Shown here: in pieces, positions 31,304 to 41,988 of the stretch
Position numbering within the stretch: the first letter of the stretch is position 1
How the letters are laid out: each line of letters opens with the position of its first letter
Notes under the pieces: model-generated
Databases searched by the model: none
What the model was told of the DNA's origin: nothing
The model's input: only the letters and a program-made list of their open reading frames with translations
IMG/VR virus record: IMGVR_UViG_3300025018_000154
Strand: one strand, 5' to 3'
Length of the DNA stretch: 64,000 bases
DNA from: an uncultured virus (IMG/VR IMGVR_UViG_3300025018_000154)
Lineage: Duplodnaviria > Heunggongvirae > Uroviricota > Caudoviricetes
Program-made: the position numbers and the translations under genes

Positions 31304-34300
31304 AAGGAGCAAGAAGCCTAAGATGCGAGTGACGGAGTATTTTTGCTCCGTCCACTACGGCCTCTGCCAAGGCCCCGTCGATAGGCTCAACCATATCCGA
31401 ATCAACGACAAGATCGCGTGGTCGGGTCGGGTCGGCCAAGAGGCCGTCTTCGAGATCAACAAGCAGAAGCTCTACGGCGGGATCAAGAAGGAAGGTGGCG
31501 TCCAAGGGTATGCCGTCTACCAGCCCGGGTCGTTCGACCAATTCAGCTCGGCCACGGCCGCTGCCAAGGTCGGCAGGAACGCAGGGAACGCCCCCGCGTA
31601 TCGCGGTCTGGCGAATGTCCTCCTGACCGGGCACCCCAGCTTGGCGAACGAAGAGGCCCCGGTCGATAACGTGAACGACGGCGGCTCCGGGGGAACCATA
31701 GTCAGTGGGTTCCTCGGGCTATTCTCGGCGCTCTTCAGCGGTAAGGAGAACGGGAGCGGGTCGCAGGTCGGGAGCCGCAGGGGGTTCTACTGGTCCGCGA
31801 ACCAGCCCTACATCTGGCCCTGCGCCTTCCATCTGACACGCATCCCGAACGGCTGGTATCCCGAGCGGGCTCCCATCTACTTCGGGCTGGAAACCCCGAG
31901 AGCCATTCACTTCGCCATCGACAACTCCGGCTCTATGACGGCGGATCGCCGGAACACGGTCAAGGCCGCCTTCTCCGGGCTTGTGGCACAGCTCCGTGGG
32001 CTGGTCCTTAGCGGTATGCAGTTGAGCCTCGGCGTCACGATCTGGGGCGGCAATCGAAGCTCCCAGACATACCTCAACGTGACCGAAGCCAACCTGCTTT
32101 CGGCCGAAAGCTTCGTGAACACCGCGCTCAACGGTGCCGGGGGAGGCACGGACTTCACGCAAGCCGCGCAGGGGGCCGTGGAGTTCTTCGATCAGACCTT
32201 GGCGTCGAACCTCGACCGGCGGATCAACTTCTTCATCACGGACGGCCTCGCGACCGGGACGACGCACGAGCAGGCCCGGACAATCATGAGCGATCTGCTC
32301 GACCGCTCTTCCGGTTCGTTCAACACCGGGGCGGGGACGGACGTTGACTGTTACTCGGTCAATATCGTGGAGCCCAACACCGACCAGTCCGACAACCTCG
32401 ACAACACGACGGGCACGCTGAAAGACATCACGACCGACGGGGAAGTCCCGGTGATCGGGGCGAACGAGGCGGCCCAGCTCACGAACCTGATCTTCGAGGC
32501 TTTGAGCGGCGGGATTGACCCGTCTGCCAACCCAGCACACATGATCCGTGAGGCCCTGACCGACCGGGCGTGGGGCATGGGCGCGCACCCGTCTGCCATC
32601 GACGACGTGGCCTTCAGGGCGGCGGCCGACGTGTTCTTCAACGAGAGCTTCGGCCTCTCGATGATCTGGACGCAGCAGCAGTCGATCCAATCTTTCGTGC
32701 AGGAAGTCCTCGACCACGTGGAAGCCAACCTCTACGTCGATCCTGCGACCGGGAAGTTCGTGCTGAAGCCGATCCGGGACGACTATGACCCGGACACGCT
32801 CGACGTGTTCGACGAATCCAACTGCACCGTGCGGGACTTCCAGCGCCGGTCGCCCACCGAGATCACCAACGAGATCAACCTGACGTGGACGAACCCGGAG
32901 ACCGAAGAGGAAGAGGTCATCACGCAGCAAGACCTCGGCGGCATCGTGGTCAACGGCGGGGAGATCATCTCCGACAACCGGAACTACTACGGCATCCGGG
33001 ATCGCCGCTTGGCGGCCATCGTGCTCTCGCGCGACCTCTCGGCCGTGACTGCGCCTCTCGCGACGGCCGAGGTCGAGGTTGACCGCTCGGCTTGGCGGTA
33101 TGCCCCCGGAGACGTGCTGAAGCTCTCTTCGTCCGAGCACGACGCGGAAGAGCTGGTCATGCGGATCGCCAAGATCAACTACGGAAAGCCCGGGGACTCC
33201 AAGATCGTCGCGTCTCTGACGCAGGACATCTTCAGCTTCGCCCGGCCGCAGGTCGTTCTCCCCCCGGAGACCGAGCTGGAATCGGGGGCCAGAGAGCCCA
33301 CGGTCATCGAGTATGTGGAGTTCATGACGCTCGGGTATTTCTTCGCCGCGAACCTCATTCCGCCGACGGCGCAGATCGGCGTGGAATACCCGGACGCCTT
33401 CGTCGGAATCCTCGCCTCGTCCCCGAACCCGGACGTGACCGCGATCTACATTCTCGGGGAGAGCGTGGATGCTGCTGGCAACACCTACGCCGAGCCCACG
33501 GGCACCATCATGCCGGTCGCACGCGGCCTTCTGGCCGAGGACTTCGTGAAGGAGGCCGAGACCCTGACGCCCGGCTTCAGCAGCCTCACGACCGGCTCCG
33601 GCCCCACCCCCGGCGGCTTCGCCCTGATCGGTCTCGAAGACGGTTCGGAGCAGGGCCGGGAGATCGTCATGTTCGTGAACAACGACGGGTCGAACTGGAC
33701 GATCAAGCGGGGCGTTCTCGACACGGTTCCGCGCGAGTGGCCCATCGGCACGCCGATCCGGTTCTTTGGTGCGACGGACTTCATCACGGACGCGGAGCTG
33801 GAAACAGCCTTCTCGCCGCGCGACTACAAGATGGTCATGCAGACGACCCTCGGGGCCTACCCGGAGTCTCTGGCCCAGACCGAAACATTCATGCCGGGCG
33901 AGCGCGCTTGGCTGCCCCTCCGGCCTGCGAATGTCCGGGTCGCCGGGTCCGCTTGGGATCGGGTTGACGCGAACGAGCTGACCGAGATTCCCGTCACGTG
34001 GTCGAACCGGAACCGCCTGACCGAAGACACGCAGGTTCTCGCTTGGGACGACCCGAGCGTCACGCCCGAGCCGTCGCAGCTCACGAAGATCACGATCCTC
34101 GACGCCGACACGCGAGATGTCGTCAACGAGATCGAAGACCTGCCGGGCGAAAGCTATGCAATACCGAAGGCTTCCTTTGGATCGGCAACTCGGGCTATTG
34201 TCCGGGTGACATCTACCCGCAGCGGCTTCGAGTCGCTTCAGGGCCACGAGATCGAAATCACAATCGCTTCGGGCTATGGCTACGGCTACGGCCTGTCCTA

Positions 34301-34310
34301 CGGAGGATAG
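31296..34310 (+). CDS. Central tail tip protein with inserted VWA domain
   Basis: HYGLCQGPVD, PAYRGL, ANPAHMIRE..WGMG; VWA at ~31900-32500 (IDNSGSM, ITDG). Confidence 0.8.
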   Translation: MGKRSKKPKMRVTEYFCSVHYGLCQGPVDRLNHIRINDKIAWSGRVGQEAVFEINKQKLYGGIKKEGGVQGYAVYQPGSFDQFSSATAAAKVGRNAGNAPAYRGLANVLLTGHPSLANEEAPVDNVNDGGSGGTIVSGFLGLFSALFSGKENGSGSQVGSRRGFYWSANQPYIWPCAFHLTRIPNGWYPERAPIYFGLETPRAIHFAIDNSGSMTADRRNTVKAAFSGLVAQLRGLVLSGMQLSLGVTIWGGNRSSQTYLNVTEANLLSAESFVNTALNGAGGGTDFTQAAQGAVEFFDQTLASNLDRRINFFITDGLATGTTHEQARTIMSDLLDRSSGSFNTGAGTDVDCYSVNIVEPNTDQSDNLDNTTGTLKDITTDGEVPVIGANEAAQLTNLIFEALSGGIDPSANPAHMIREALTDRAWGMGAHPSAIDDVAFRAAADVFFNESFGLSMIWTQQQSIQSFVQEVLDHVEANLYVDPATGKFVLKPIRDDYDPDTLDVFDESNCTVRDFQRRSPTEITNEINLTWTNPETEEEEVITQQDLGGIVVNGGEIISDNRNYYGIRDRRLAAIVLSRDLSAVTAPLATAEVEVDRSAWRYAPGDVLKLSSSEHDAEELVMRIAKINYGKPGDSKIVASLTQDIFSFARPQVVLPPETELESGAREPTVIEYVEFMTLGYFFAANLIPPTAQIGVEYPDAFVGILASSPNPDVTAIYILGESVDAAGNTYAEPTGTIMPVARGLLAEDFVKEAETLTPGFSSLTTGSGPTPGGFALIGLEDGSEQGREIVMFVNNDGSNWTIKRGVLDTVPREWPIGTPIRFFGATDFITDAELETAFSPRDYKMVMQTTLGAYPESLAQTETFMPGERAWLPLRPANVRVAGSAWDRVDANELTEIPVTWSNRNRLTEDTQVLAWDDPSVTPEPSQLTKITILDADTRDVVNEIEDLPGESYAIPKASFGSATRAIVRVTSTRSGFESLQGHEIEITIASGYGYGYGLSYGG

Positions 34311-34313
34311 AAT

Positions 34314-36974
34314 ATGCCCATGAGAGAGACCCCCGGCCTCGGCCTCAACGCCTTCTGGGACTTGGGTGCCGACGGCTGGAACACCGGCATGGACACCAAC
34401 CTGCGGCTTCTCTCGGCCGTGGTCGGTGCCCGCGTCCAGTCGCGCACGTCGGCCTTGCCGGGCTCTCCCTCGGCGGGCTCCATCTACATCGTGCCCGTCG
34501 GGGACGCGACCAACGGTAGCAAGCTGGCGGTCTGGGATGGCCCCACCGGGGCGAAGCAGTGGGTCTACATCACGCCGCAATCCGGGTGGCACTTCTACGT
34601 CGTGGACGAGGGCATCAACGTCCAGTGGACCGGCACGTCTTGGGTCGAGTTCGCGGCTGGCGGCGGTGGGGGTGGCACGTCCATCTCCGGCTCGCAAATT
34701 CTGATCCAGCTCGCCCAGACGACCGGGCAGGTAATCGACACGACGACCGAGACCTTGGCTTTTGGGAACATCGTCTCGGACGACAACGAGTATTTCAACG
34801 CGGCCGACAACACGATCCGAATCCCGGAGTCGCAGGAAGGTCGAACGGCCGTCTTCGTCGCCCACACCAAGCACACGGCCGACGGTGCTGGGGCCATCGA
34901 GACGACGCTTGAACGGTCGGAAGACGCGGGCGTCACGTGGGTTCCCGTCGCCAGCTCGGCCGACGAGGAAGACTACTTCGGCACGACGACCTTGACCGCC
35001 CTCGTCACCTTCATCGGCGGGGACTGGTATCGGTTGCGCCACACAACCTCGGCCACCAAGACCACGAGCGGTGACGCGCAGACCTCTCTCGCAGTGACGA
35101 CCGTGGGTGCCGGGCAGGTCGGCCGGATCGTTCGCACGACCTCGAATCGGGTGGTCCCGAACCACATCTTCCAGTCTGGCGACTTCGGGGAATGGACGAA
35201 CTTCACTGCCTCGGGAACGCTGAAGGTCTACATTCCCCCGGATCGTGAGGCTGACCACGTTCTGCACCCGGACGGCTACGCCTACATGGGCCTTCAGGGC
35301 AGCATCGGCGGCCCGTGGTATATCGAGCAAGTGATTGACCTTCCGACCGACCCGTCCTCGATCACGGTCTATTGGGACCAGCACACCCGGCTCGTGGATG
35401 ACCTCATGCGCTTGGAGCTGGACTTCCTCGACGCCAGCGACCAGATCATCGGCCAGTATGTCGGGGGCGGCCGCCTGAACTCGGCAATCCAGCTCTGGGA
35501 GACCTTCGCAGATACAGCCGCGAACATTCCGACCGGGACGACGAAGGTTATGCTCCGTCTCAACACAATCGTCACGGGTGGTCCGCAACAGATAAACGTG
35601 ACCAACGTGCGGGTCGTGACTACCACACTCGGGGTCTCCGGCATGTTGCCCGGGTCGATTTACGCCTACTTGCCGAGCATCGCGACGAATCAGAACAAGG
35701 TGCTTCGGGTCAACTCGACCGGAGACGACGTGGAGTGGGGCGGCAGCCCGATCCGGTTCCGTGCCGGGTCTCTCGACGAGCCCGAGGTCATGGACCTTCA
35801 GTTCCTCGGGACGGCCTTCAACGCGGTCAAGACCGGCGACACGATCCAACTCTCGTTCACCGGGGGTCTTGCGCTCCACGGGGCGGCCGGAGAGGTCAGC
35901 GGTGCGGTAACGAAGCTGACGATCACCGGAGCGGGTGCTGGCATCACGTCGCCGGTTCCCGGGGAGATCGAGATCACCATCCCGGGGCCGGGCGAGACCG
36001 CTCCCCCGGCCACGACCATCGAAGAGGTCGAGGGAATCAACGCAGTCCGTTCGGCCATGTCCAGCGACCAAAACGGGCAGCCGCTCGTGTGGGATCAGGG
36101 GGCGAACGCCTTCATCCCGCTCCCGGCGAACTTCAGCCCCATCGCCTATGGCGGCGGCGCGGACATTCTCTGGGCTGGCGATCTGGCCGGGGTGCGCAAC
36201 GTGGTCCTGACCGACGACACGCACAACCTCTACCAGTATGACGAGTTGCACTTCGTCTTGCGCAACGCGAACGATCACGCCGATGTAGCGGTCTCGGCCG
36301 ATGGCGGGAGCACGTGGTCCACCGTCTTCTGGGCGTGGTCTGGCGTTGGTGGCACGGGTGAGGGGACGACCTCGACCGATGCTTTCCGGCTTGGGGGCTA
36401 TACTTCGGACATAAACCTTCAGATCGGCACGGCGGTTCTTCGCTTTTTCAGCGAGGCGGGCTTCCCCACCATGTATCACGGCATGGGCTCTGGCCCGGGG
36501 GCGAGCCAAGACATCGCCCTCGTCGGTTATTCCAGCGCGGCCGAGAAGCACAATGCGGTCATTGTGCAGCGGGACAGCTCGGGCAACTTCACGGGCGGCC
36601 AGCTCTACATCATCGGCGTGAAGAAGACCCGGCAGCCGGTGGACCTCTCTGCGCGAGTCCAGAACGGCGGGCCGCTCTCGGCTGATCAGGAAATCCTCTT
36701 CCACGAGACGATGGGACTTCGGTTCGACCAAGGCTCTACGGTGGGGCGCGTCCGCGTCTCCCCGGCTGCGGCCGGGCCTTCGGTCTTCCAGTTCCAGTCT
36801 GACGACGGGACCGAACTTTGGACGGCTACCGTGGCGGCCGGGGAGACCCAAGTTGAGTTTGCCTTGCCCTCGTCGGTCGTGGTCAACGATGCGCTCCGTG
36901 TGCTGGCCCCGGCGACCCCGGACGCCAACATAACCGACGTGTTCCTCTCGCTGCGCGGGGAGGCCGCACGATGA
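34314..36974 (+). CDS. Tail fibre or receptor-binding protein with DUF2793-like N-terminus
   Basis: PGSPSAGSIYIVP..W.YITPQSGW, then beta-rich domains after a poly-Gly hinge. Confidence 0.75.
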   Translation: MPMRETPGLGLNAFWDLGADGWNTGMDTNLRLLSAVVGARVQSRTSALPGSPSAGSIYIVPVGDATNGSKLAVWDGPTGAKQWVYITPQSGWHFYVVDEGINVQWTGTSWVEFAAGGGGGGTSISGSQILIQLAQTTGQVIDTTTETLAFGNIVSDDNEYFNAADNTIRIPESQEGRTAVFVAHTKHTADGAGAIETTLERSEDAGVTWVPVASSADEEDYFGTTTLTALVTFIGGDWYRLRHTTSATKTTSGDAQTSLAVTTVGAGQVGRIVRTTSNRVVPNHIFQSGDFGEWTNFTASGTLKVYIPPDREADHVLHPDGYAYMGLQGSIGGPWYIEQVIDLPTDPSSITVYWDQHTRLVDDLMRLELDFLDASDQIIGQYVGGGRLNSAIQLWETFADTAANIPTGTTKVMLRLNTIVTGGPQQINVTNVRVVTTTLGVSGMLPGSIYAYLPSIATNQNKVLRVNSTGDDVEWGGSPIRFRAGSLDEPEVMDLQFLGTAFNAVKTGDTIQLSFTGGLALHGAAGEVSGAVTKLTITGAGAGITSPVPGEIEITIPGPGETAPPATTIEEVEGINAVRSAMSSDQNGQPLVWDQGANAFIPLPANFSPIAYGGGADILWAGDLAGVRNVVLTDDTHNLYQYDELHFVLRNANDHADVAVSADGGSTWSTVFWAWSGVGGTGEGTTSTDAFRLGGYTSDINLQIGTAVLRFFSEAGFPTMYHGMGSGPGASQDIALVGYSSAAEKHNAVIVQRDSSGNFTGGQLYIIGVKKTRQPVDLSARVQNGGPLSADQEILFHETMGLRFDQGSTVGRVRVSPAAAGPSVFQFQSDDGTELWTATVAAGETQVEFALPSSVVVNDALRVLAPATPDANITDVFLSLRGEAAR

Positions 36975-39478
36975 TCGTCATCACGGTCCACCTTCCGCAC
37001 GCCCGGCAGGCGGTCATGGACGAGCTTTCCGTCTACGGGGAGGTCACGCCCTACGAGCACCTGAAGAGCGCCTTCACGTTAGAGCTGCGCGATCCGCAGG
37101 ACGAAGCGGACCTCATGCTGACCCTTGCTAACGACGAGCGGGTCTCTGGCGCTATGGACGGGGCGGCTTCGGTCGCCCCTATGGCCTACGAAGAGAAGTT
37201 CATCCGGGAAGGCCGACTCTTCACCGACAAGATCGGCGCGCTTCGCCTGAAGGCTACGGTGGACGCAAACCGGGGCGTCTTCAATCCGTGGTGGAAGCAG
37301 CCTGACTTCTTCAAGTGGCGCTACGACACTGACCGTCTGGGCCAAGGCACGATCATCGCTATCGTCGATGGTGGTATCCGCTGGGGACACCCGGAGTTCG
37401 CCAAGAACCCCGGCCGCGTCACGCGAATCTTCAACTACTCGACCTCCCAGCTTGGAGCCTCGAACCATGGCACGGCCTGCGCGGCGATCTCGGCCGGAGA
37501 CACCATCGGCATCGCCCCGGAAGCCGAGCTTTGGGACGTGAAGGTCTTCTCGGACGATGACGGGACCACTAAGACGGCATGGATTGTTTCGGGCCTTAAC
37601 GCGCTGCTCGGCGCGGCAACCGATCCCGTGCAGAACCCCGATGGGAAAGCCGTCATCGCGAACTTGTCTTTCGGGTCGGCAGGGGCCAACCTTGCCAACC
37701 CTTATGGAACGATCATCAAAGACCTTCAGAACGCGGGCATCATCGTCTTGATTGCAGCCGGGAACGACGGGCAAGACCTCGACACGACATTCGAGGCTTG
37801 GCCCGCAGAGTCGTCCGAGTATGCCGTCGGGGCGATCCACTATGACGGCCGCCGGGCGGCATACTCGAACTACGGATCGCGCGTAAAGTTCTACGGCTTC
37901 GGCCACAAGGTCATGGGCGCAGGCTACCCGGGAGGAAACCGCTACGCGGACATCAACGGCACGAGCTTCGCCTGCCCCTACGTTTGTGGCTGCCTCGCGA
38001 CGTGGATGCCCGGCCGCTGGGTGCCGCAGGACTCGGAGCAGGTCCGCACGCTCATGACGGACTACATGGCCTTCTGTTCCGAGGGCGTCTACGGCCAGAG
38101 CGTGCGCGAGCACGTGGGCGATGCCTTGGTCCCCGGGGCGGTGATTGGCCGGGCATCCTACTTCCCGGTCTTGCCGGGCGACGTGATTGTTCCGCAGATC
38201 AATGTCGTCGCACGCTTCGGCACGGCCGAGTATGGAGTCCTTGGCTGGAAGACCCGGGCGACGCCGATCATCGGCGGGGCGAACTATGGGGCCACGGGGC
38301 AGACTATGGGGGTTGCGGCCTTCTTCGAGGGGCCGTTCGAGTGGGACCAAGGCGGGCCGTGGATAGACCCCCTCTACGTCCCGACGGGCTGGACCATCGA
38401 CAATGACCGGGTGAAGAACCGCTCGGGAGTTTCAGGAGACGGCATGTTCGTGGTCAATGACGCCAACCTTCAGTTCAAGGAGTATTGGGAGATCGACGTG
38501 AAAGGCCCTGCCGCTGGTATGGTCGTCGGTGTGACCAAGACCTCGAACCTCGCGAACCACGACGAGGCGACGACCGGCATGGGTGCCGCAGGCGTCGCGT
38601 GGGGGGCCGACGGCGCACTGATCGCTGACGGCGTAGCCCAGACCCCGACCATCGGTTACGTCGAGGGCGACCGCCTCATGCTGGCCTACGATAACGCGAC
38701 CGGCGAGTTCTGGTGCGGAAAGAACGGCACGTGGGCAGCCGACCCGGCTTCGCAGGCGGCGCTCGCGACGGTCCCGACCGGGAACAGCCGAGCGGCCCTC
38801 TCGGTGCCTGACGGCAGCTCCTTGCAGCTCTTGGGATCGTCCGTCCACCAAAACTACACTGTCCCCCTCTTCACTGGATTCGATCTGGGCGAAGAGGCCC
38901 CGTGGACCGTGGACCCGGCTTACGTCGGCACGGGAATCCTGTCCGAAGGCAATACGAAACTGACCAACGCAGGCTCCAACGACTACCGAGCCTACACCGT
39001 CACGCTCAACGGAATCGACCCGACTGACCCGCTGGTCTATTGGGAAGTTCTGCACGCGGGCGGGCCAACCATCTACAATGGTTGCAACGCTCTCGTTCCC
39101 GAGATCATGGTCGGCGCGAGCAACGGCCCCGGAACGACGTTCGACCCGGTTGAAGACGACGCCGTGGGCCGTCGCGGTAACAATAGCATCTGGGGGCCAA
39201 ACGCCGCGCGGACGCACGCGGGGTTGCAGACCTACGGGGCCGGGAAGACACTCATGATGCTGTTCGACCCGCCCACCGGCCGCCTCTGGACCGGCGTGAA
39301 CGGCGTCTGGGACGACAACCCGGCCTCGGCCCCCCGGAAGACGGTGCCCCTCGGGCACACTCGCCGGATCGGCTTGCAGGCACGCGACGCGAACTGTTCT
39401 GCAAAGCTCGTTTCCATGAGCACCGACTTCCTCTATCCTGTCCCTGCCGGTGCCGTGGCGCTCGGTGTTCTCTCGTGA
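36971..39478 (+). CDS. S8 subtilisin-like protease fused to two SPRY/B30.2-like domains
   Basis: IAIVDGG, HGTACA, AAGNDG, GTSFACP; two YWE..(LAYD/LLFD)..W.G.NG.W repeats. Confidence 0.85.
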   Translation: MIVITVHLPHARQAVMDELSVYGEVTPYEHLKSAFTLELRDPQDEADLMLTLANDERVSGAMDGAASVAPMAYEEKFIREGRLFTDKIGALRLKATVDANRGVFNPWWKQPDFFKWRYDTDRLGQGTIIAIVDGGIRWGHPEFAKNPGRVTRIFNYSTSQLGASNHGTACAAISAGDTIGIAPEAELWDVKVFSDDDGTTKTAWIVSGLNALLGAATDPVQNPDGKAVIANLSFGSAGANLANPYGTIIKDLQNAGIIVLIAAGNDGQDLDTTFEAWPAESSEYAVGAIHYDGRRAAYSNYGSRVKFYGFGHKVMGAGYPGGNRYADINGTSFACPYVCGCLATWMPGRWVPQDSEQVRTLMTDYMAFCSEGVYGQSVREHVGDALVPGAVIGRASYFPVLPGDVIVPQINVVARFGTAEYGVLGWKTRATPIIGGANYGATGQTMGVAAFFEGPFEWDQGGPWIDPLYVPTGWTIDNDRVKNRSGVSGDGMFVVNDANLQFKEYWEIDVKGPAAGMVVGVTKTSNLANHDEATTGMGAAGVAWGADGALIADGVAQTPTIGYVEGDRLMLAYDNATGEFWCGKNGTWAADPASQAALATVPTGNSRAALSVPDGSSLQLLGSSVHQNYTVPLFTGFDLGEEAPWTVDPAYVGTGILSEGNTKLTNAGSNDYRAYTVTLNGIDPTDPLVYWEVLHAGGPTIYNGCNALVPEIMVGASNGPGTTFDPVEDDAVGRRGNNSIWGPNAARTHAGLQTYGAGKTLMMLFDPPTGRLWTGVNGVWDDNPASAPRKTVPLGHTRRIGLQARDANCSAKLVSMSTDFLYPVPAGAVALGVLS

Positions 39479-39491
39479 CGAAAGGCTGACC

Positions 39492-40442
39492 ATGACCGAC
39501 TACCTTATCACCAACGACCCCTTCGATCTGGGCGGCATTTATGACACGACGGCAGGCCGATTCGACCCGGCGTTCGCGGATCACGCTATCGCGCTCTCGG
39601 AGGACACCTCGCACGGGGTAAAGCTTCCCGAGGTCGATTCTCTCTGGATTGCGTTCGATTTTTACACTCCGGCAATGGGGCCAAACGAAGACGGGGTGTG
39701 CTGGCAAATCTATTCGCAGGACAACGTGGTCCTTGGGCGAGTTTCTCTGCTCAACGGCGCGTTCCGGTGGATCTCTACTTCGGCAGCAAACGAGCTGCTT
39801 ACTTTCGGCGTCCCGACCGATCAGGTCGTGAGGATCGACATCTTCGTTGAGACCAACATTGGGGCCAACCCCAACCAGCACCGGGAATCGGTCTACGTGA
39901 ACGGCTCGCTAGCCGTGCTGACTCAGATCAACTCGAACGGTGGCGGCGCTCCGGCGCGCTTCAACTTCGGCGGGCTGGACTACATCAACGGAAACAACTG
40001 CTGGGTCTCGAACATTCGGATCAGCGACGAGAACACCGTCGGGACCAAGTTCAAGGTGCTGCCGCCCACCGGGCAGGGGTTCCATGACGACTTCATGGGC
40101 GGTGCGACCGAGCTGGGGGACTACCTGTCCACGACCGTCGCCTACGCCACGGCTGGCGGCCAGCGGACGAGCGGCACGCTCACGCCCGGCGCGCAGCCCG
40201 CAGGGACGCTCACACGGGTCTTCCTGTCCTCCACGACCCGATCTACCGGCCCGGGGGCGAACCCCAGCCAGATCGGCCTCTTCGCCCGCCTCGGCGGCGT
40301 TGACTACGACGGTGCGTTGCAGACGCCCGGCGCTGCGATCTTGCCTATCGTTGAAGCCTACCCGGTCAACCCGGACACGGGCCTTGACTGGACGTGGGCA
40401 GACCTCGCGGGACTTGAAGTGGGCCTACGGGCCGTAACCTGA
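39492..40442 (+). CDS. Putative virion protein, beta-sandwich (ConA/LamG-like)
   Basis: SVYVNG, beta-rich, NPDTGLDWTWADL C-terminus; last gene of the tail module. Confidence 0.6.
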   Translation: MTDYLITNDPFDLGGIYDTTAGRFDPAFADHAIALSEDTSHGVKLPEVDSLWIAFDFYTPAMGPNEDGVCWQIYSQDNVVLGRVSLLNGAFRWISTSAANELLTFGVPTDQVVRIDIFVETNIGANPNQHRESVYVNGSLAVLTQINSNGGGAPARFNFGGLDYINGNNCWVSNIRISDENTVGTKFKVLPPTGQGFHDDFMGGATELGDYLSTTVAYATAGGQRTSGTLTPGAQPAGTLTRVFLSSTTRSTGPGANPSQIGLFARLGGVDYDGALQTPGAAILPIVEAYPVNPDTGLDWTWADLAGLEVGLRAVT

Positions 40443-40447
40443 CGGAG

Positions 40448-41647
40448 ATGACCATGACCGAATTTAAGGATTTTCAAGGAGCTGCAAAGCGGCTCGACGA
40501 CATCGACCTCCCGCTGCTGGGCTATCGGATCGGCGTTGGGGAAGACGAGGTTCACGCCTTCATGGAAGTGGAGGCCGCCAGCTCGGGCTTCGACCGGCAC
40601 GGCCGCCCGGCCATGCTGTTCGAGCCGCACGTCTTCTATCGGCAGCTCGGCCCGGGACCGAAGCGAGATCGCGCCGTGGCGGCCGGTCTGGCCTACGCGA
40701 AGTGGAAGCGCGACTACCCCTCGGACTCCTACCCCCGGCTGAAGGAGGCCATGCTGATCGACGAGACGGCCGCCCTGAAATCCGCATCGTGGGGCATCGG
40801 TCAGATTCTCGGCAGCAACTACGAGGCTGCGGGCTTCGAGACGCCGCAGGCGATGGTGCTGGCCTTCATGGAGGACGAGGAAGCGCACCTTGAGTCGATG
40901 ATCCTGTTCCTCGTGAACGAGGGCATCGCGGACGATCTGCGGGCGCACCGCTGGGCCACCGTAGCCCGGGTCTACAACGGCCCGTCCTACGCCGTCCACG
41001 GCTACCACACGCGCCTCGAAGCGGCCTACCGGAAGTGGGCGGGCATCCCGGATACTCCGTGGCAGCCTGACCGGGCCGAACAGCAGCCCGTCAACGGGGA
41101 AGAGCTGAAGGCCGTGCAGCGGCAGCTCCGCTCGCTGGGCTACACCGAAGTCGGCGTCCCGGACGGGAAGTGGGGCACCCGGACCCGGGCGGCCGTGCTG
41201 GCCTTCCGTGCTGACCGTGGGCTGCCCATCTATGTCGGGATCGACGACGAGCTGCTGGCCGAGATGCTGCGCTCTGCGCCGCGTGAGGTCGCACCGGAGC
41301 GTCGGACGGCCACGACCGAAGACCTGCGCCGGAGCGGCTCCAAAACTATCGAAGCGACCGACAAGGCGAACGGCGCGGCCGTGGTCGTCGGGGGTGCCGG
41401 GGCTATCGGTGCCGCCGTGCAGGGGATCGAGGCGCTGGGCGGCCAGCTCGAAGCCGCGCAGGGCGTCCTTGCGATGCTCGAACCCCTGAAGGATTCCCTG
41501 ATCGCGGCCGGGCCGTGGGTCATGATGGGGGTCGCCGGGTTCGTGGTCTACCAGATGGTCTTGGCCCAGAAGGCCCGGTTGGACGATCATCGCAGCGGCA
41601 AAAACGCCGGTCCTGACGCACACGCTAAGATTGAGGTCGCGCGATGA
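40448..41647 (+). CDS. Endolysin: DUF3380 N-acetylmuramidase, peptidoglycan-binding domain and hydrophobic C-terminus
   Basis: VEAASSGF, LFEPHVF, SASWGIGQILG, YNGP; VQRQLRSLGY..DGKWGTRT. Confidence 0.9.
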   Translation: MTMTEFKDFQGAAKRLDDIDLPLLGYRIGVGEDEVHAFMEVEAASSGFDRHGRPAMLFEPHVFYRQLGPGPKRDRAVAAGLAYAKWKRDYPSDSYPRLKEAMLIDETAALKSASWGIGQILGSNYEAAGFETPQAMVLAFMEDEEAHLESMILFLVNEGIADDLRAHRWATVARVYNGPSYAVHGYHTRLEAAYRKWAGIPDTPWQPDRAEQQPVNGEELKAVQRQLRSLGYTEVGVPDGKWGTRTRAAVLAFRADRGLPIYVGIDDELLAEMLRSAPREVAPERRTATTEDLRRSGSKTIEATDKANGAAVVVGGAGAIGAAVQGIEALGGQLEAAQGVLAMLEPLKDSLIAAGPWVMMGVAGFVVYQMVLAQKARLDDHRSGKNAGPDAHAKIEVAR

Positions 41648-41988
41648 TCGCGCGGCTGATAACGTGGGCAGCAGGTCCGGTCGGTAAATGGGTGCTTATC
41701 GCCTTGGTGTTCGCTGGCTGGACCGTGTTTAACCGCGTCGATGCTGCCCGAGAAGCCCGGGCGGAATGTCAGCTCGGTCAGGTGGAAGCCGCACTGGCGG
41801 CCGAGCAAGACCGCGCCGAACGAGCCGAGCAGATCGCCGCAGAAGCCAGAGAACGCGCAGATCAGGCGCAGGCCGAGATGGCGGAACTAGAAGGGGCGCG
41901 CGATGCGATACTTGAAGAACTTGAAGACCAAGGCGATCAGTGCGATCTTCCTGACGATCTTCGTGAGCGGCTGCGCGGGATTCAATAG
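41644..41988 (+). CDS. i-spanin (Rz-like)
   Basis: N-terminal transmembrane segment then coiled coil, after the endolysin. Confidence 0.75.
   Translation: MIARLITWAAGPVGKWVLIALVFAGWTVFNRVDAAREARAECQLGQVEAALAAEQDRAERAEQIAAEARERADQAQAEMAELEGARDAILEELEDQGDQCDLPDDLRERLRGIQ

Noticed and set aside
23075..36851. Very long antisense ORFs (1815 aa and 1710 aa) and similar shadows
   Set aside because: Expected from high GC3 codon bias opposite real genes; no motifs or RBS
28206..40442. Diversity-generating retroelement acting on tail genes
   Set aside because: No reverse transcriptase and no template/variable repeat pair seen
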